Part shown: positions 9,134 through 19,515 of the stretch, piece by piece | Position numbering within the stretch: the first letter of the stretch is position 1 | Layout: each line of letters starts with the position of its first letter | Assembly: GCA_045105515.1 (NCBI GenBank) | Contig: JBGCDR010000028.1 | Location: 1 to 62,140, forward strand | DNA length: 62,140 nucleotides | Direction of reading: 5' to 3' | Source: Oligoflexales bacterium | GTDB lineage: Bacteria > Bdellovibrionota_B > Oligoflexia > Oligoflexales > Bog-1112 | The notes under the pieces: generated by a model | What the model saw: only the letters and a program-made list of their open reading frames with translations | Databases searched by the model: none | Told to the model about the DNA's origin: nothing | Translations under genes and position numbers: made by a program

Positions 9134-10546
9134 TTATCTTTTGTTGATTAAAATTTCATCAATTATATTCCGCCAATCGTTATCATCCTGTTTTAAAAGG
9201 AATAATTTGAAACCTTTTCTCTTTTGGGGAGCAAAACTAGATTGGCTTATTAGGATGCACGGACCAAAAAATCCATATGATTTTGCGCTTTCTACGAAAT
9301 TACTCTCAACAGCATCCCAGTTTTCGGCTTCCGGATCTTCGTGTTCTTCTCCATATCGGTCTACAATGACGCAATCAAACCAATCTCCTTTTTCAACTGC
9401 ATCAAAAAAATCGTCGATATGAGAGAAGGTTATAGTCTTAAAACCATGGGATTTAACGCTTCTGTCAATACTTTCTCTAATCGACTTAATATCATCAATA
9501 ATTGCAATGATTGGTGTTTTTAGATATTCAGAAGTAATATTGTTGTAAATTCTCTCAATACTTTTTCTTGGGATCTTGATTTCAACAATAGTTTCTTTTT
9601 CGCTAAAAGTATTTTTAATACTGCCATTTATCAGATCTAGCGCTGCATAAGTAATCTTCAAACCTCTGCGAGCATTTGAGTTAGGATTATTCATTTTTTT
9701 CTGATCAATAAGAGCTAGTTTTTTTCTGACTCTGTTTTTTGTGGTAATTATAATAAATTTATCATTGCTACGAGTCGCTATTTCAACTCTTCCATTAATG
9801 GTAAACCTCTTTGCATTCCTTAAAACATTGCAGAGCGCTAAGGATAGCGGTTGGTCATTTACACATATGTTTGCATCGTGAAATTTGTAATCAACAATTC
9901 GATTTGAGCAGTAAGATTTGGCAAGCATTTCAATAAGCACAGATAATTTTGGCGTATATTCATTCTTGTCTCCACATTTAAGCAGTAGCGCTACAGATTC
10001 GGCTGTACGCTTTTTAAAAGCTTTAATTTTGTCGTTTACAGATAGAAGGTACCCAGTTTCATGTGAGCTCCAATCTAAGTAAAATGCTGCTTCTTTTTTC
10101 GAAAAAAATGCAATAATTCTCGCTATAGCAGCTATTATCCCGGTAAACGCCAATAAGTTGCGGATGAAATAGAGCCAAAAAAACTCATTAAAAAATTTAA
10201 GAATAATGACAATTCCATGCTCTTTATAGTTAAGAACAAGATATTTTGTAAATATAAAATGTTGTTCAGTCCACTCAGTACTAGGTCTGATAGTTACCTG
10301 TTTTTTTAGGCCATTATCGCCAGATATGTTGTAATATTTACTATCAAATTTCCCTATAATTTCAAATTCAGTAAGCTGGCTAAAGGACCGCTGTAGAGAT
10401 TCAAGGTCTAGTCCAATCTGATTGTATTTTCCTTCTTTTAAAGACGTCATTGCCATTGGGATAAACGCGCTCTTAAAAACTCCGACATAATTTCCCAATT
10501 CCCATGTCACGAGCCATCCTGATAAAAAGAAGAATATGAAGAACAA
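9134..10546 (-). CDS. Hybrid sensor histidine kinase/response regulator (degenerate HATPase); start codon uncertain
   Basis: Two TM segments flanking a periplasmic domain; H-box-like SSHE; N-box CNVLRNAKRF; C-terminal receiver IAIIDD...CVIVD. Confidence 0.75.
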   Translation of the reverse strand: MFFIFFFLSGWLVTWELGNYVGVFKSAFIPMAMTSLKEGKYNQIGLDLESLQRSFSQLTEFEIIGKFDSKYYNISGDNGLKKQVTIRPSTEWTEQHFIFTKYLVLNYKEHGIVIILKFFNEFFWLYFIRNLLAFTGIIAAIARIIAFFSKKEAAFYLDWSSHETGYLLSVNDKIKAFKKRTAESVALLLKCGDKNEYTPKLSVLIEMLAKSYCSNRIVDYKFHDANICVNDQPLSLALCNVLRNAKRFTINGRVEIATRSNDKFIIITTKNRVRKKLALIDQKKMNNPNSNARRGLKITYAALDLINGSIKNTFSEKETIVEIKIPRKSIERIYNNITSEYLKTPIIAIIDDIKSIRESIDRSVKSHGFKTITFSHIDDFFDAVEKGDWFDCVIVDRYGEEHEDPEAENWDAVESNFVESAKSYGFFGPCILISQSSFAPQKRKGFKLFLLKQDDNDWRNIIDEILINKR

Positions 10547-10554
10547 GGATATAA

Positions 10555-11124
10555 TTATATGTTTTTTGCTGTTTTTATTGCAGAGAGAACGAATTTTGAC
10601 TGCTCCTCATTGAGACTGGCGAGCTCAGGTAAAAGGTTGATCCACTTTTTATTTTGCTCAATTCTATCAACATCTTCATAAATAACTTGTCGCAGTTTAC
10701 GGCGGTCGGAATGATTTAATTCAGCATGAAAATTAAGAATATTCAGGTCGGATCTACTTATGCGGTTTTGATATCCTTTTTCATCAAAAATCCTTGCAAC
10801 CACATCAGATGGCTGCATACGCCTGATATCCGCAGTTAATAGGATGTCTTCCAAGGTGAAATTAGTCCTATTAAATATGCGCTTAAAATTGCTTTCGAAC
10901 CGTTTCCCGTATTTGCGGACAAAATTAATAATAACAGCGTGGGTAGTGGGGCACTTAGTATTTGTTTTTAATGCTAGAGCGGTTTCTTCATCATCTTGTA
11001 TCAACAGGTGCTCAAGTCGGTTTCGAGGACTTTCATCCTTTTCTGATATATCTGATTTTAAAGTGTTTTCATTTGGTTGCGATTGGATAAATTTTGCTAG
11101 ATTCATCATTGCTTTGCGTGTCAA
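10555..11124 (-). CDS. Hypothetical protein; possible degenerate XRE-type repressor
   Basis: GAGGAG RBS before TTG; NFTLEDILLTADIRRMQPSDVV resembles the C-terminal half of an XRE HTH; cI-like position divergent from the early operon. Confidence 0.45.
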   Translation of the reverse strand: MTRKAMMNLAKFIQSQPNENTLKSDISEKDESPRNRLEHLLIQDDEETALALKTNTKCPTTHAVIINFVRKYGKRFESNFKRIFNRTNFTLEDILLTADIRRMQPSDVVARIFDEKGYQNRISRSDLNILNFHAELNHSDRRKLRQVIYEDVDRIEQNKKWINLLPELASLNEEQSKFVLSAIKTAKNI

Positions 11125-11552
11125 TCTTTATCTCCTCGTAATTTTTCAAAAATAGAACAAATTTAGTTGATAAAAATAAAAAAACACTTTTAAATATATT
11201 ATTAATGACAATTTTTACCATAAACCACACCTTTTAATAAAAATAAGCTCTACAATCGTATACCCAATTAAATGGTAGTGAAACTACAAATATACTCCCT
11301 TTTGGTAAATGACTTCGGTAAAATGGTCGTCTAATAAATAAAGTAACCAAAAAAAATATTTTTTGTGTCTATTGGTTTCATGGGATCACCATAAATCGTT
11401 ACATCCCTAATAATTAAAGATAAATCTCGTCAAATCTGGAAAACTTTGCTTTGAGTTTCCCAAACTAGGAAACATTTTTCAATTTTTATGTGTTTCAATG
11501 GTTGAGTAGACACGGTTGGCTGGCGTTGTGCCTAAACTAAGGAGATTTAAAA

Positions 11553-11987
11553 ATGGAAGCTCTCAATATACTAAATGTAAACACACCCTTCTTACTAGCG
11601 CATGTTCAAAAAGATCTGAATATACCTGAACAGCCCAATCAAGAATCAAATGATGAAGAGAAAAAGGAGCAGCTAGAACTTAAGGAAGCACAAGAAGCCG
11701 ATAAAAAGAAGGCTAAAAAATCCTCTTATTGCCCTTTAAAAGAAGCTAAACGCCGGGAGCAGGAAGAAAGACGTAAAGCAAAATTGCACCAAGCATTTTT
11801 GGAAGCTCCAGAGAGAGAACGGCTTACTATCGAAATCATTCATCATAAACGCCGACTAAGCTCAAAGATTTTTTCTGGTTTGGAAAGGGCAAAAGAGAAG
11901 ATTTTAGCAAGAGAGATAAATGTTTTTACTTCGCCTTTATCAGAGCTTCAAAGCTTCTGCCAAGCACTAACTAGTTTTGGAGCATAA
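11553..11987 (+). CDS. Hypothetical protein, first gene of the early operon
   Basis: Strong AAGGAG RBS; charged helical protein. Confidence 0.7.
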   Translation: MEALNILNVNTPFLLAHVQKDLNIPEQPNQESNDEEKKEQLELKEAQEADKKKAKKSSYCPLKEAKRREQEERRKAKLHQAFLEAPERERLTIEIIHHKRRLSSKIFSGLERAKEKILAREINVFTSPLSELQSFCQALTSFGA

Positions 11988-11988
11988 G

Positions 11989-12342
11989 ATGCTGCACTAT
12001 GAATCGAGAAGCTTTTCTAACGATGAGGAAATGATTGAATATTGCAGAAAAATGAAAATGCAAAGTTATCAAGATGCCTCAAAAATCGTTGTAGAGCTTA
12101 AAAATTTGAAGCAGCACCGGATGCTGAAACTACGAAAAGAGCTGATTAGGCTAGATCGTATTCTCTCAAAGCAAAAAAAAGCGGAAGACTGTCGGCCTTT
12201 CATGGATGAGATGAAGTCTATTGGAGTTGAGATTCATGATAAGGGTGGCATGTCTTTACTACGAACGATTTGGCACTCCATTCCTGGGTTTAACTCAGTG
12301 GTGGAGTGCGCTTGGCACGGGGTAGGTTCTTGGGTTTATTAA
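11989..12342 (+). CDS. Hypothetical protein (shares a domain with 50030-50467)
   Basis: GGAG RBS; IG..I..KGGM.L and W..VG.W motifs. Confidence 0.7.
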   Translation: MLHYESRSFSNDEEMIEYCRKMKMQSYQDASKIVVELKNLKQHRMLKLRKELIRLDRILSKQKKAEDCRPFMDEMKSIGVEIHDKGGMSLLRTIWHSIPGFNSVVECAWHGVGSWVY

Positions 12343-12508
12343 AACTAACGACCTATTGGGGTCTGAATTTTTGATAAAAAAGCGTCTAAAACCTAAAACA
12401 TATCCATAATTATTAGAGGAATACGGAGTTTAGGCTGGATGCGCGAATTTAGAGTGAAATGTTTCGACTAACATGTTGTTTGATGCGGATTTTTGTCGAG
12501 TGAAAGCT

Positions 12509-15500
12509 ATGAATGTAGAGCAGACTATAAGAGAAAATTTTAGCGAAATTGAAGCGGTAGCCTCCGAGGTTGGGATTGATTTCTCCAAGGCCCAATACTT
12601 AGTGGATGGAAGGGATAAGTGGAAAAATAAGAATATACCCTTTCTAGATAAAAAAGATAAAGGTCGACTCTCACTTAATAGTAATATTCTAGGTAATAGC
12701 CTCATAATCACCTTTTGCAACAAGCGTGGTCATATGTCTGCGAGTTGGAGCTCAGGCAAAGATCAGGTCATTAGACTGATGCCTAAGCGTCGAATCAGAA
12801 CCGCAAGTCCCAAAAAAAAATGGTACAAAAAAGAGACTTTTGAGGTCTTCAATAAAAAGTACGATGAATGTGATGAGTGGACCGACTCAAGTCATTATAT
12901 GGTCAAAAAAGGCTTAGTGGGTCGAGTTAAATTCAAACGTATGAAAGACTGGGCTGGCGAATTTATCGCTGTGCCTATGTACAACGTATACGGTGAAATA
13001 AAGTCCTTTCAAAAAATATATGACAATGGTCGCAAGCGCTTTATATCGGCTCCTAAGACCGGATTATTCTATCCTACAAGTGAACTGTCACAAGAAACCG
13101 AGGTAATTGTCGTTGGGGAGGGCGTTGCTACCGTATTCGATGCTGCTGAAGCTTGGGATAAAAAAGCTGTAGGTGTTGCTGCCTTTGACTGCCAGAGTAT
13201 CCATTCGGTTGTAAAGAGACTTCGTGGGGCGTACCCAGATGCCAGGATCGTAATCGCTGCTGATAATGATATCGGCAAAAAAAGTGGTAATGCTGGGATG
13301 CTTGCAGCGCTTGAAGCCTCTTATCTTCTCAAAGTAAGTGTCAGATACCCCATAGCACTAAACGAAGGTGATCCAGTCACCGACTTTAATGACGTTAAAT
13401 CTACCTATGGCAAGGAAGAGCTTGAGAGGCAAATGAAAAAGAACGTGCTTAGGATCTCAAGAAGCGCTTTTGATTTTAATTTGCGAGCTCTTGCCTTCTC
13501 TGGTGAAGAAAAGTCCCCTAACTTCAAAAAACGCATGAGAAAAATCGTCGGGATCGCTATCCGTAATGGAATGGGAATCGATGAGATGATCGAAGCTATT
13601 GGAGTTGAAGACCCTGATGTTATAGACACCTACTATTCAATCATGAAAGGCCATGAAAAAAGAGTCGGGCGCTTCCATCAGGTCACTAAGGGCAAGTATG
13701 AGTATGCAAACTATGAGTCAATTGACCTAAAAAGAGAGGACCACGGCGGCTATACAATTACAGATGAAGCTGCTGAGCAGATAGCCCGAACTAAGGGAAT
13801 CGTGATCCTCGGAACCCCAATGGGTTCAAGCAAAACAGAAAAAGTAATCAAAAGGATATTTAACCTTTTCACCTTCGCTGCTTATTTATGCCACAGAGTA
13901 GGTTTAGCTGAGGAAGCTTCACATCGGCTTGAGATTAATTGCTACCGGAAGTTAGATGAAATGCAAATGGTGCTTGTGAAAAAAGTTGCCAGTTGTGTTA
14001 ACTCAATCAATAATGTCCTTTTTGGAGAAGGCAGTTACTTTCAAGGCTTAGAGTGTGTTGCAATTGATGAGATATCTAAGGTTCTTGACCATATTTGCGG
14101 TAAGACGGTCGAGGACCAAGAAGGTATTCTAGCTACTGTTAAGAAGATGCTAGCATCAACACCTCAAATACTTCTAGCTGATGCTGATGCGAGTGACCAT
14201 CTAATTGAGCAGATTCACGAGCTTGCTCCAGATCGTAAGATAACGGTTTTCAACCCTACTGAAGCACCTATGGACCATGTGCAAGTTAAACTTTGCTCTA
14301 ACAAAGATGCAGGCATGGAATATGTTGAGCGATTGGCACTTGAAAAAAAGAAAGTGCTAGTTGCTATGGACAGTAAGATTCAGTCTGAGAACCTTGCTAG
14401 AATATGCAAGAAAAAAGGACTTAAGGTTCTTTGCGTCACATCTGAAACCAAATCTTTCTGTAGCAAGGTTGGTTCATGGGTGATTAATCCAAGTCAAGAA
14501 AGCAAAAAATACGACGTAGTAATCTATACATCCGCTGTAGATTCAGGGGTTTCCGTTGTCTCAGATCATTTTGATGAAACAGTTGGAATCTTTAGAGGGG
14601 TTATCACCCCTGATTCCATAATTCAAATGATGGGCCGCAACAGAAAGGCTAAGCAGTGGTTTCTTGTTTGTGAGCCTTTTCGTCACACCGTTTTTGGAAA
14701 CAGTAGGACTGAGAAAGCAGATGCAGCAAAGCTTTCGTCTATAAAAACCTCTCTTGAAGCGGGAAATAAACCCGTTTCAGTGCCTAGCCTTACCGATTTA
14801 GATAAACTAATGATCTCAAGTGAGCATAGAAATCAAAAGCTAAAGCAAGATTATTTTGTGTCGCTCCAGGTTATGCTTGAGCAAAAAGGCTACAACGTCA
14901 ATCGAGTTGAACGACCCAAAGACATGCTTAAAAAAATAAAAGAGTCCCTAAAAGATGCCAACAGCGATAGGGTGCAGGAAAGCGTTGAGACTATCCTTGC
15001 TACAGAGGCTCCAGAGGAATCCGATTATATAAGGCTAAAGTCTCAATATACCATCACTGAAGAACAAGCCTGGAAAATCAAACGGTTCGAGGTCGAAAAT
15101 AGCCTTGGTAAAACAGATCTTTCCTCGGATGATGTTCTTTTCTCACTAGACAACGGTGGAAGAAGGGAGCTCATATTTGAGCTGCTTCATACTGACCAAA
15201 AAGATCTACTTGAGTACGATAAGTATGAACAGAAAAAGTTTGTCAGTGCAAAAAAGAGAAGGCACCTTTTTATAAAGGGAGAAATCCTTAAGAATCTATT
15301 TGAGGCACTTGACCTCGATATGGAAACGGGCGAAGGGACTTTTACCCATCATAAAGCACGCAAATTTATTGAGTACATCCAGTCTAATGACAAGCGGCGT
15401 GTCGTATGGAATGAACTAAACCTTGGACCTTACCTTGGAAAAAATTCAGAGCCATACTGTGCAACAACCTTTGTTAAGGCTATCTTCAAAAAGATGGGGC

Positions 15501-15847
15501 TCAAAACTGAATCACAAAAACGAACCAGAAAGAAACATTCATATCAGTCTATAATTCCCGAGTCATGGGAAACTATGATGGATTATAAAGCTTCACGATC
15601 CTTATCAGGAAAAAACGTAGCTAAGATTCCTAAGTCTGAGCTTGATAAATTAGACAGGGAACCCAAAGCGTCTGCAACACCTGAAAATGAGGAGAATTCA
15701 CTCATAAAAAATGGTGGAAATTATGGCGTTGATATTTGTATTTTGTGCAATGCCCATGTGGGCAATAAGGCTCAAATCTTAACTAATGGTAAATGTTCGG
15801 AATGCGTTAAGATGTTTAAACGACTTGGCCATAAACGCTCAGGTTGA
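12509..15847 (+). CDS. Primase-helicase replication protein (TOPRIM plus SF2 origin-binding-type helicase, C-terminal Cys4)
   Basis: VVGEGVAT, IAADND, TDFND TOPRIM motifs; PMGSSKT, VAIDE, VDSGVS, QMMGRNR helicase motifs; CILC...CSEC. Confidence 0.88.
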   Translation: MNVEQTIRENFSEIEAVASEVGIDFSKAQYLVDGRDKWKNKNIPFLDKKDKGRLSLNSNILGNSLIITFCNKRGHMSASWSSGKDQVIRLMPKRRIRTASPKKKWYKKETFEVFNKKYDECDEWTDSSHYMVKKGLVGRVKFKRMKDWAGEFIAVPMYNVYGEIKSFQKIYDNGRKRFISAPKTGLFYPTSELSQETEVIVVGEGVATVFDAAEAWDKKAVGVAAFDCQSIHSVVKRLRGAYPDARIVIAADNDIGKKSGNAGMLAALEASYLLKVSVRYPIALNEGDPVTDFNDVKSTYGKEELERQMKKNVLRISRSAFDFNLRALAFSGEEKSPNFKKRMRKIVGIAIRNGMGIDEMIEAIGVEDPDVIDTYYSIMKGHEKRVGRFHQVTKGKYEYANYESIDLKREDHGGYTITDEAAEQIARTKGIVILGTPMGSSKTEKVIKRIFNLFTFAAYLCHRVGLAEEASHRLEINCYRKLDEMQMVLVKKVASCVNSINNVLFGEGSYFQGLECVAIDEISKVLDHICGKTVEDQEGILATVKKMLASTPQILLADADASDHLIEQIHELAPDRKITVFNPTEAPMDHVQVKLCSNKDAGMEYVERLALEKKKVLVAMDSKIQSENLARICKKKGLKVLCVTSETKSFCSKVGSWVINPSQESKKYDVVIYTSAVDSGVSVVSDHFDETVGIFRGVITPDSIIQMMGRNRKAKQWFLVCEPFRHTVFGNSRTEKADAAKLSSIKTSLEAGNKPVSVPSLTDLDKLMISSEHRNQKLKQDYFVSLQVMLEQKGYNVNRVERPKDMLKKIKESLKDANSDRVQESVETILATEAPEESDYIRLKSQYTITEEQAWKIKRFEVENSLGKTDLSSDDVLFSLDNGGRRELIFELLHTDQKDLLEYDKYEQKKFVSAKKRRHLFIKGEILKNLFEALDLDMETGEGTFTHHKARKFIEYIQSNDKRRVVWNELNLGPYLGKNSEPYCATTFVKAIFKKMGLKTESQKRTRKKHSYQSIIPESWETMMDYKASRSLSGKNVAKIPKSELDKLDREPKASATPENEENSLIKNGGNYGVDICILCNAHVGNKAQILTNGKCSECVKMFKRLGHKRSG

Positions 15848-15896
15848 CAGACAAAACCAGCAATTCCTCTTTCTTAAAACTAAATAAAAACTTCAG

Positions 15897-15925
15897 AAGG
15901 CATGGCAGCGCTGTGCCTTTTTTTT
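15897..15925 (+). terminator. Rho-independent terminator after the primase-helicase gene
   Basis: AAGGCATGGC-AGC-GCTGTGCCTT stem followed by a T run. Confidence 0.8.
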
Positions 15926-16411
15926 GTATTCTGTCGATTGGGCGACATAAAATATATGGCGAATGTTTCATTTATATATGGTGCTTATGATCGAATCGTT
16001 TTTTGCTCTTAAAAAAAGTTCTAAGGGTTAATAAAGTGGAGAGTGTTATTTCGTAGATATAAAAACTTTATATATCATCGTTGTTAGCCTCTCCATAGAT
16101 TTGGGAAATGATATACACAAAATTACATTTCATTTTTCTTCACTGATATTTTTCTTTCAGTTGACATTTTCTTTTCTGATAAGTTCGAAATTACGTTTCA
16201 CGTTCTAGAAACTTAACGACCGGCGATATTCAATTTCTACAAATTTCGACAAAAAAAAATTGCAAGTTGCAGCATATTTGAGATTTGTTAAATACAGAAT
16301 TACTCAGTGATTGGCTCTACATGAACCTTCATTAGTACTACTGTTCTTCGATTTTTGGTGAAGGGTGTTAACCCTCACCTTTTTAAACTCAAATTTTTAA
16401 AGGATCTATTT

Positions 16412-16933
16412 ATGAAAATTTTATTCGCTATTCTTATGTCAATATTTGCTTTTAATGCATCACGTCTACAGGCTCAGGAATGTGAAAGTAACGCTATCAA
16501 TTTTAGACTAGATCCTTTTTCTCTAGTAGCTGATTCAGTTTCAGCAGGTATTGACCTTGAATTAACAAAACAAATTTCGCTAGGTATCGACGCTGGATAT
16601 ACCCACAACACCGAGCTCACTACAGGTACAAAAGGCAAAGCTTACAATGGTGGATTGAGACTTACTTATTATGCAGACTCGATGCGAGATGACAGCTTTA
16701 TTACTTCAGTAGGCATTAACAAATCCCAAGTTAGCTTGAAGGATGGAGATATTAAAGAACAGACTCAAGCTATCACTGGAGATATAAAGGCTGGTTATCG
16801 TTGGATTTGGGACAGAGGCTTCAATGTCCAAATGGCTGGTGGCTTTGGTCAAACTAGGTTCACAGACTCCGAGCATATTAAATCCAGACATTTAGTACCT
16901 GTAGCTGAGTTTAGTTTCGGGTATCAAATCTAA
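16412..16933 (+). CDS. Outer-membrane beta-barrel protein (DUF3575-like)
   Basis: Signal peptide, amphipathic strands, GYRWIW, C-terminal FSFGYQI. Confidence 0.75.
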   Translation: MKILFAILMSIFAFNASRLQAQECESNAINFRLDPFSLVADSVSAGIDLELTKQISLGIDAGYTHNTELTTGTKGKAYNGGLRLTYYADSMRDDSFITSVGINKSQVSLKDGDIKEQTQAITGDIKAGYRWIWDRGFNVQMAGGFGQTRFTDSEHIKSRHLVPVAEFSFGYQI

Positions 16934-16971
16934 ACTTCATCAAATAATTGTAGCAAGACTAAGGAATAACA

Positions 16972-17223
16972 ATGGAAGAACTAACAGCAATGCTCACCAC
17001 CTTTTTAATAAAAGCAATTGAGAATCATCCAACGGTAAGCTCATTAGCAGCAATCCTCATCGCTTTTGAAGGAGTAGCTCCCATGGTCGAGGCTTTGGCA
17101 CGAAAGATTGTGAGTTTCACGAAAACCAAGAAAGATGACGAGCTGGTTGAACGCCTCTTCAGCTCAAATCTCTGGGCTGCTGCAAAATCCTTTGCAGGCT
17201 GGGTTCACAGAGTAAAACGCTAA
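16972..17223 (+). CDS. Small membrane protein, holin-like
   Basis: AAGGA RBS; one hydrophobic helix; TKTKKDDE motif seen in small phage membrane proteins. Confidence 0.45.
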   Translation: MEELTAMLTTFLIKAIENHPTVSSLAAILIAFEGVAPMVEALARKIVSFTKTKKDDELVERLFSSNLWAAAKSFAGWVHRVKR

Positions 17224-17265
17224 TCCAGGAGAGCTTTTGTTCTCCCCCTTTCTTAGAGGAATGAT

Positions 17266-18135
17266 ATGAAAGAAGTTGATATTTCAATGCAAGACTACCA
17301 TGCAGATACAGCAAGGCCTTCTAAGTCAATGCTTTCTGATCTGCTTGATAGGCCCTCGACCTATTACAAAAAGTATGTAGCTCCACTCGAAGAGAGGGAA
17401 CAAAAGAAAAGTGCTAAACACTTTAGAGATGGTGATCTAGTCCACTGCAAAGTCCATGAGCCTAAGGAGTTTAGCAGTAGATATCATGTAGTTGATGTTT
17501 CATCGAGGGCGACCAAAACCTTCAAACAGACAGTCCTTGGTACAGATAAGATTTGCATCACAAGCTCTGAATATAACAATGCTTCTTACATGGCTGATGC
17601 TTTGTGGAACAATAAACAAGCTAGGGCATATCTGGAGCTAGCTGGTAAAGCTGAGAGGACTTTTTATTACACCGATCCAGAAACAGGCATCGAGCTTAAG
17701 GCAAGACCTGATTTCATAACTGATGATAGTGTCTTCGTGCTGGACACAAAAACAGCTAGATCCATAGATCCTTTTGACTTTATTCGTGATGCGGACAGTT
17801 TCAAGTATTGGCTTTCGCCTGAAATTATTAACAACGCCGTTGAGTCAGTAAGAGGAATTAAACCACAAGCATATGTTTTCCTTTGCGTAGAAAATAAGGG
17901 AGAGAAAAAACCCGACACAGCTATCTACTACGCAGATTTTGACTTCCTAGAGCTGGGTGAGATCAAGCTAAAGCAAGCCTTACAAACCCTAAAGCAATGC
18001 CGTGAAAGTGGCCACTGGCCTGCATTTGATCAACCAATACCACTAGGCTTACCTGGGTATCGCCAACGTGAACTAGAGCGATTACGAGAACAACAAGCAA
18101 GCACTTATTTGGAGGAAATACAGCATGTCAGCTAA
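17266..18135 (+). CDS. RecE-like PD-(D/E)XK exonuclease (DUF3799/exonuclease VIII)
   Basis: YHAD..SKS, LKARPD, VLDTKT, C-terminal WPAF. Confidence 0.85.
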   Translation: MKEVDISMQDYHADTARPSKSMLSDLLDRPSTYYKKYVAPLEEREQKKSAKHFRDGDLVHCKVHEPKEFSSRYHVVDVSSRATKTFKQTVLGTDKICITSSEYNNASYMADALWNNKQARAYLELAGKAERTFYYTDPETGIELKARPDFITDDSVFVLDTKTARSIDPFDFIRDADSFKYWLSPEIINNAVESVRGIKPQAYVFLCVENKGEKKPDTAIYYADFDFLELGEIKLKQALQTLKQCRESGHWPAFDQPIPLGLPGYRQRELERLREQQASTYLEEIQHVS

Positions 18136-18715
18136 CTTAGTCGTGCATAATCAGGAAGAGAATTTGGTCCTAGCAGATAAATACGCCCAGTCTGATTTCA
18201 CACCGGAGGGCTTCAAAGGCAAGCCTGCAAATGCTTTGATCGCGATTGATATCGCTAATCGCTCAGGCTCTCCAGTCCTAGAGGTGATGAATAATATTTT
18301 CATCGATCGCTCAGGGCGCATCGGTTTCCAAGCTCCCTATGTCATTTCGATGGCTAATCGTCTTGGCCCATTCTCGAGCCTAATTGATTGGGAAACCGAA
18401 AAGCTTGACAACGATATTGCAGTATCAGCCTTTGCGACTCTCAATGACAAAATTGTTAGCTCACCAAAAATCACAATAAAAATGGCAAATGATGCTGGTT
18501 GGATGAATAATTCCAAAGGAAAAAAACCCGTCTGGGTGGCTCAACCGATTCAAATGCTCAAGTATAAAGCCGCGTTAATGTTAATTAAAGCCTATTGTGC
18601 TGAGGTCATGTTCGGCCTTCAAACTGACATCGATTTACAGATTATGGAAAACGAGCAAGCACCAAAATCTAACGCGGCAGTTGAAGCAATGACAGTTAAG
18701 GTAGAGTCAGAATGA
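18125..18715 (+). CDS. RecT-like single-strand annealing protein
   Basis: FKGKPANALIAI, WVAQPIQMLKYKA...AEVMFGL; overlaps the exonuclease gene. Confidence 0.75.
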   Translation: MSANLVVHNQEENLVLADKYAQSDFTPEGFKGKPANALIAIDIANRSGSPVLEVMNNIFIDRSGRIGFQAPYVISMANRLGPFSSLIDWETEKLDNDIAVSAFATLNDKIVSSPKITIKMANDAGWMNNSKGKKPVWVAQPIQMLKYKAALMLIKAYCAEVMFGLQTDIDLQIMENEQAPKSNAAVEAMTVKVESE

Positions 18716-18978
18716 TCCCAGATGAAATCAAGACGGTGATTTTTTCAATCGTAATCATAGCATTTGTTATAGGCATAATCTGGCTTCACTTGAAAATTCC
18801 ATATAGCTGTGCTGATAGCCCTTGGTTTATAGATCATTTTGATATGAAGAGGGAGATTGAGCGTGGAAAGACTAACTCCAACACAGTTTTGGGAAGCCGT
18901 TCATGTGCTAGCGAATCTGCAGACGCAGGGAAAAAAGAAGAAATTAAAACCCAAGACCAGGTTTCCACAGGTGCATAA
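18712..18978 (+). CDS. Hypothetical protein with N-terminal TM helix
   Basis: ATGA overlap with the upstream gene. Confidence 0.5.
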   Translation: MIPDEIKTVIFSIVIIAFVIGIIWLHLKIPYSCADSPWFIDHFDMKREIERGKTNSNTVLGSRSCASESADAGKKEEIKTQDQVSTGA

Positions 18979-19010
18979 CTAAACGAAAGGAAGACTGCCT
19001 AGGAGCAACT

Positions 19011-19343
19011 ATGAAGATATCTTCAGCAAAACAGAAAGGCAGACGAGCATCGGCAGAGGTTCAGCAAGCTTTACTTGATGCTTATCCAGTATTAAAGCCT
19101 GATGACGTTAGAATTACCCCGTCCTCGGTCAATGGCCCTGATTTAATGCTATCCACTTATGCTCAATTTATTTTGCCATTTGAATTTGAAGTCAAGAACC
19201 AGGAGCGCCTGAATATATTCACCAGTTTGGAGCAGGCCAAAGGGCATGGTGATGGAATACCCCTAGTAGTCTTTAAAAAGAATCGCTCAAAGTTACATGT
19301 GGCTCTTGAGTTTGATGAGTTCTTAAAGCTGATATCGGGGTAG
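19011..19343 (+). CDS. Putative Holliday junction resolvase / PD-(D/E)XK nuclease
   Basis: SAKQKGRR, GPDL, FEVKNQE, PLVVFKKNR. Confidence 0.75.
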   Translation: MKISSAKQKGRRASAEVQQALLDAYPVLKPDDVRITPSSVNGPDLMLSTYAQFILPFEFEVKNQERLNIFTSLEQAKGHGDGIPLVVFKKNRSKLHVALEFDEFLKLISG

Positions 19344-19515
19344 TATCTTGGTCGAATAAATCTCACTGCTATCTTACTTATAAAAGTTGATCGTCAAAAA
19401 AGGCCTTATTTTCTCCATTATAATTGGCAATTAGATAATTATTTAAATATATGTATAAGAAATGTCGATAATGTTTGCAGGTACAATCAAAGGTCTATTT
19501 TCAGGAAATATTTCT

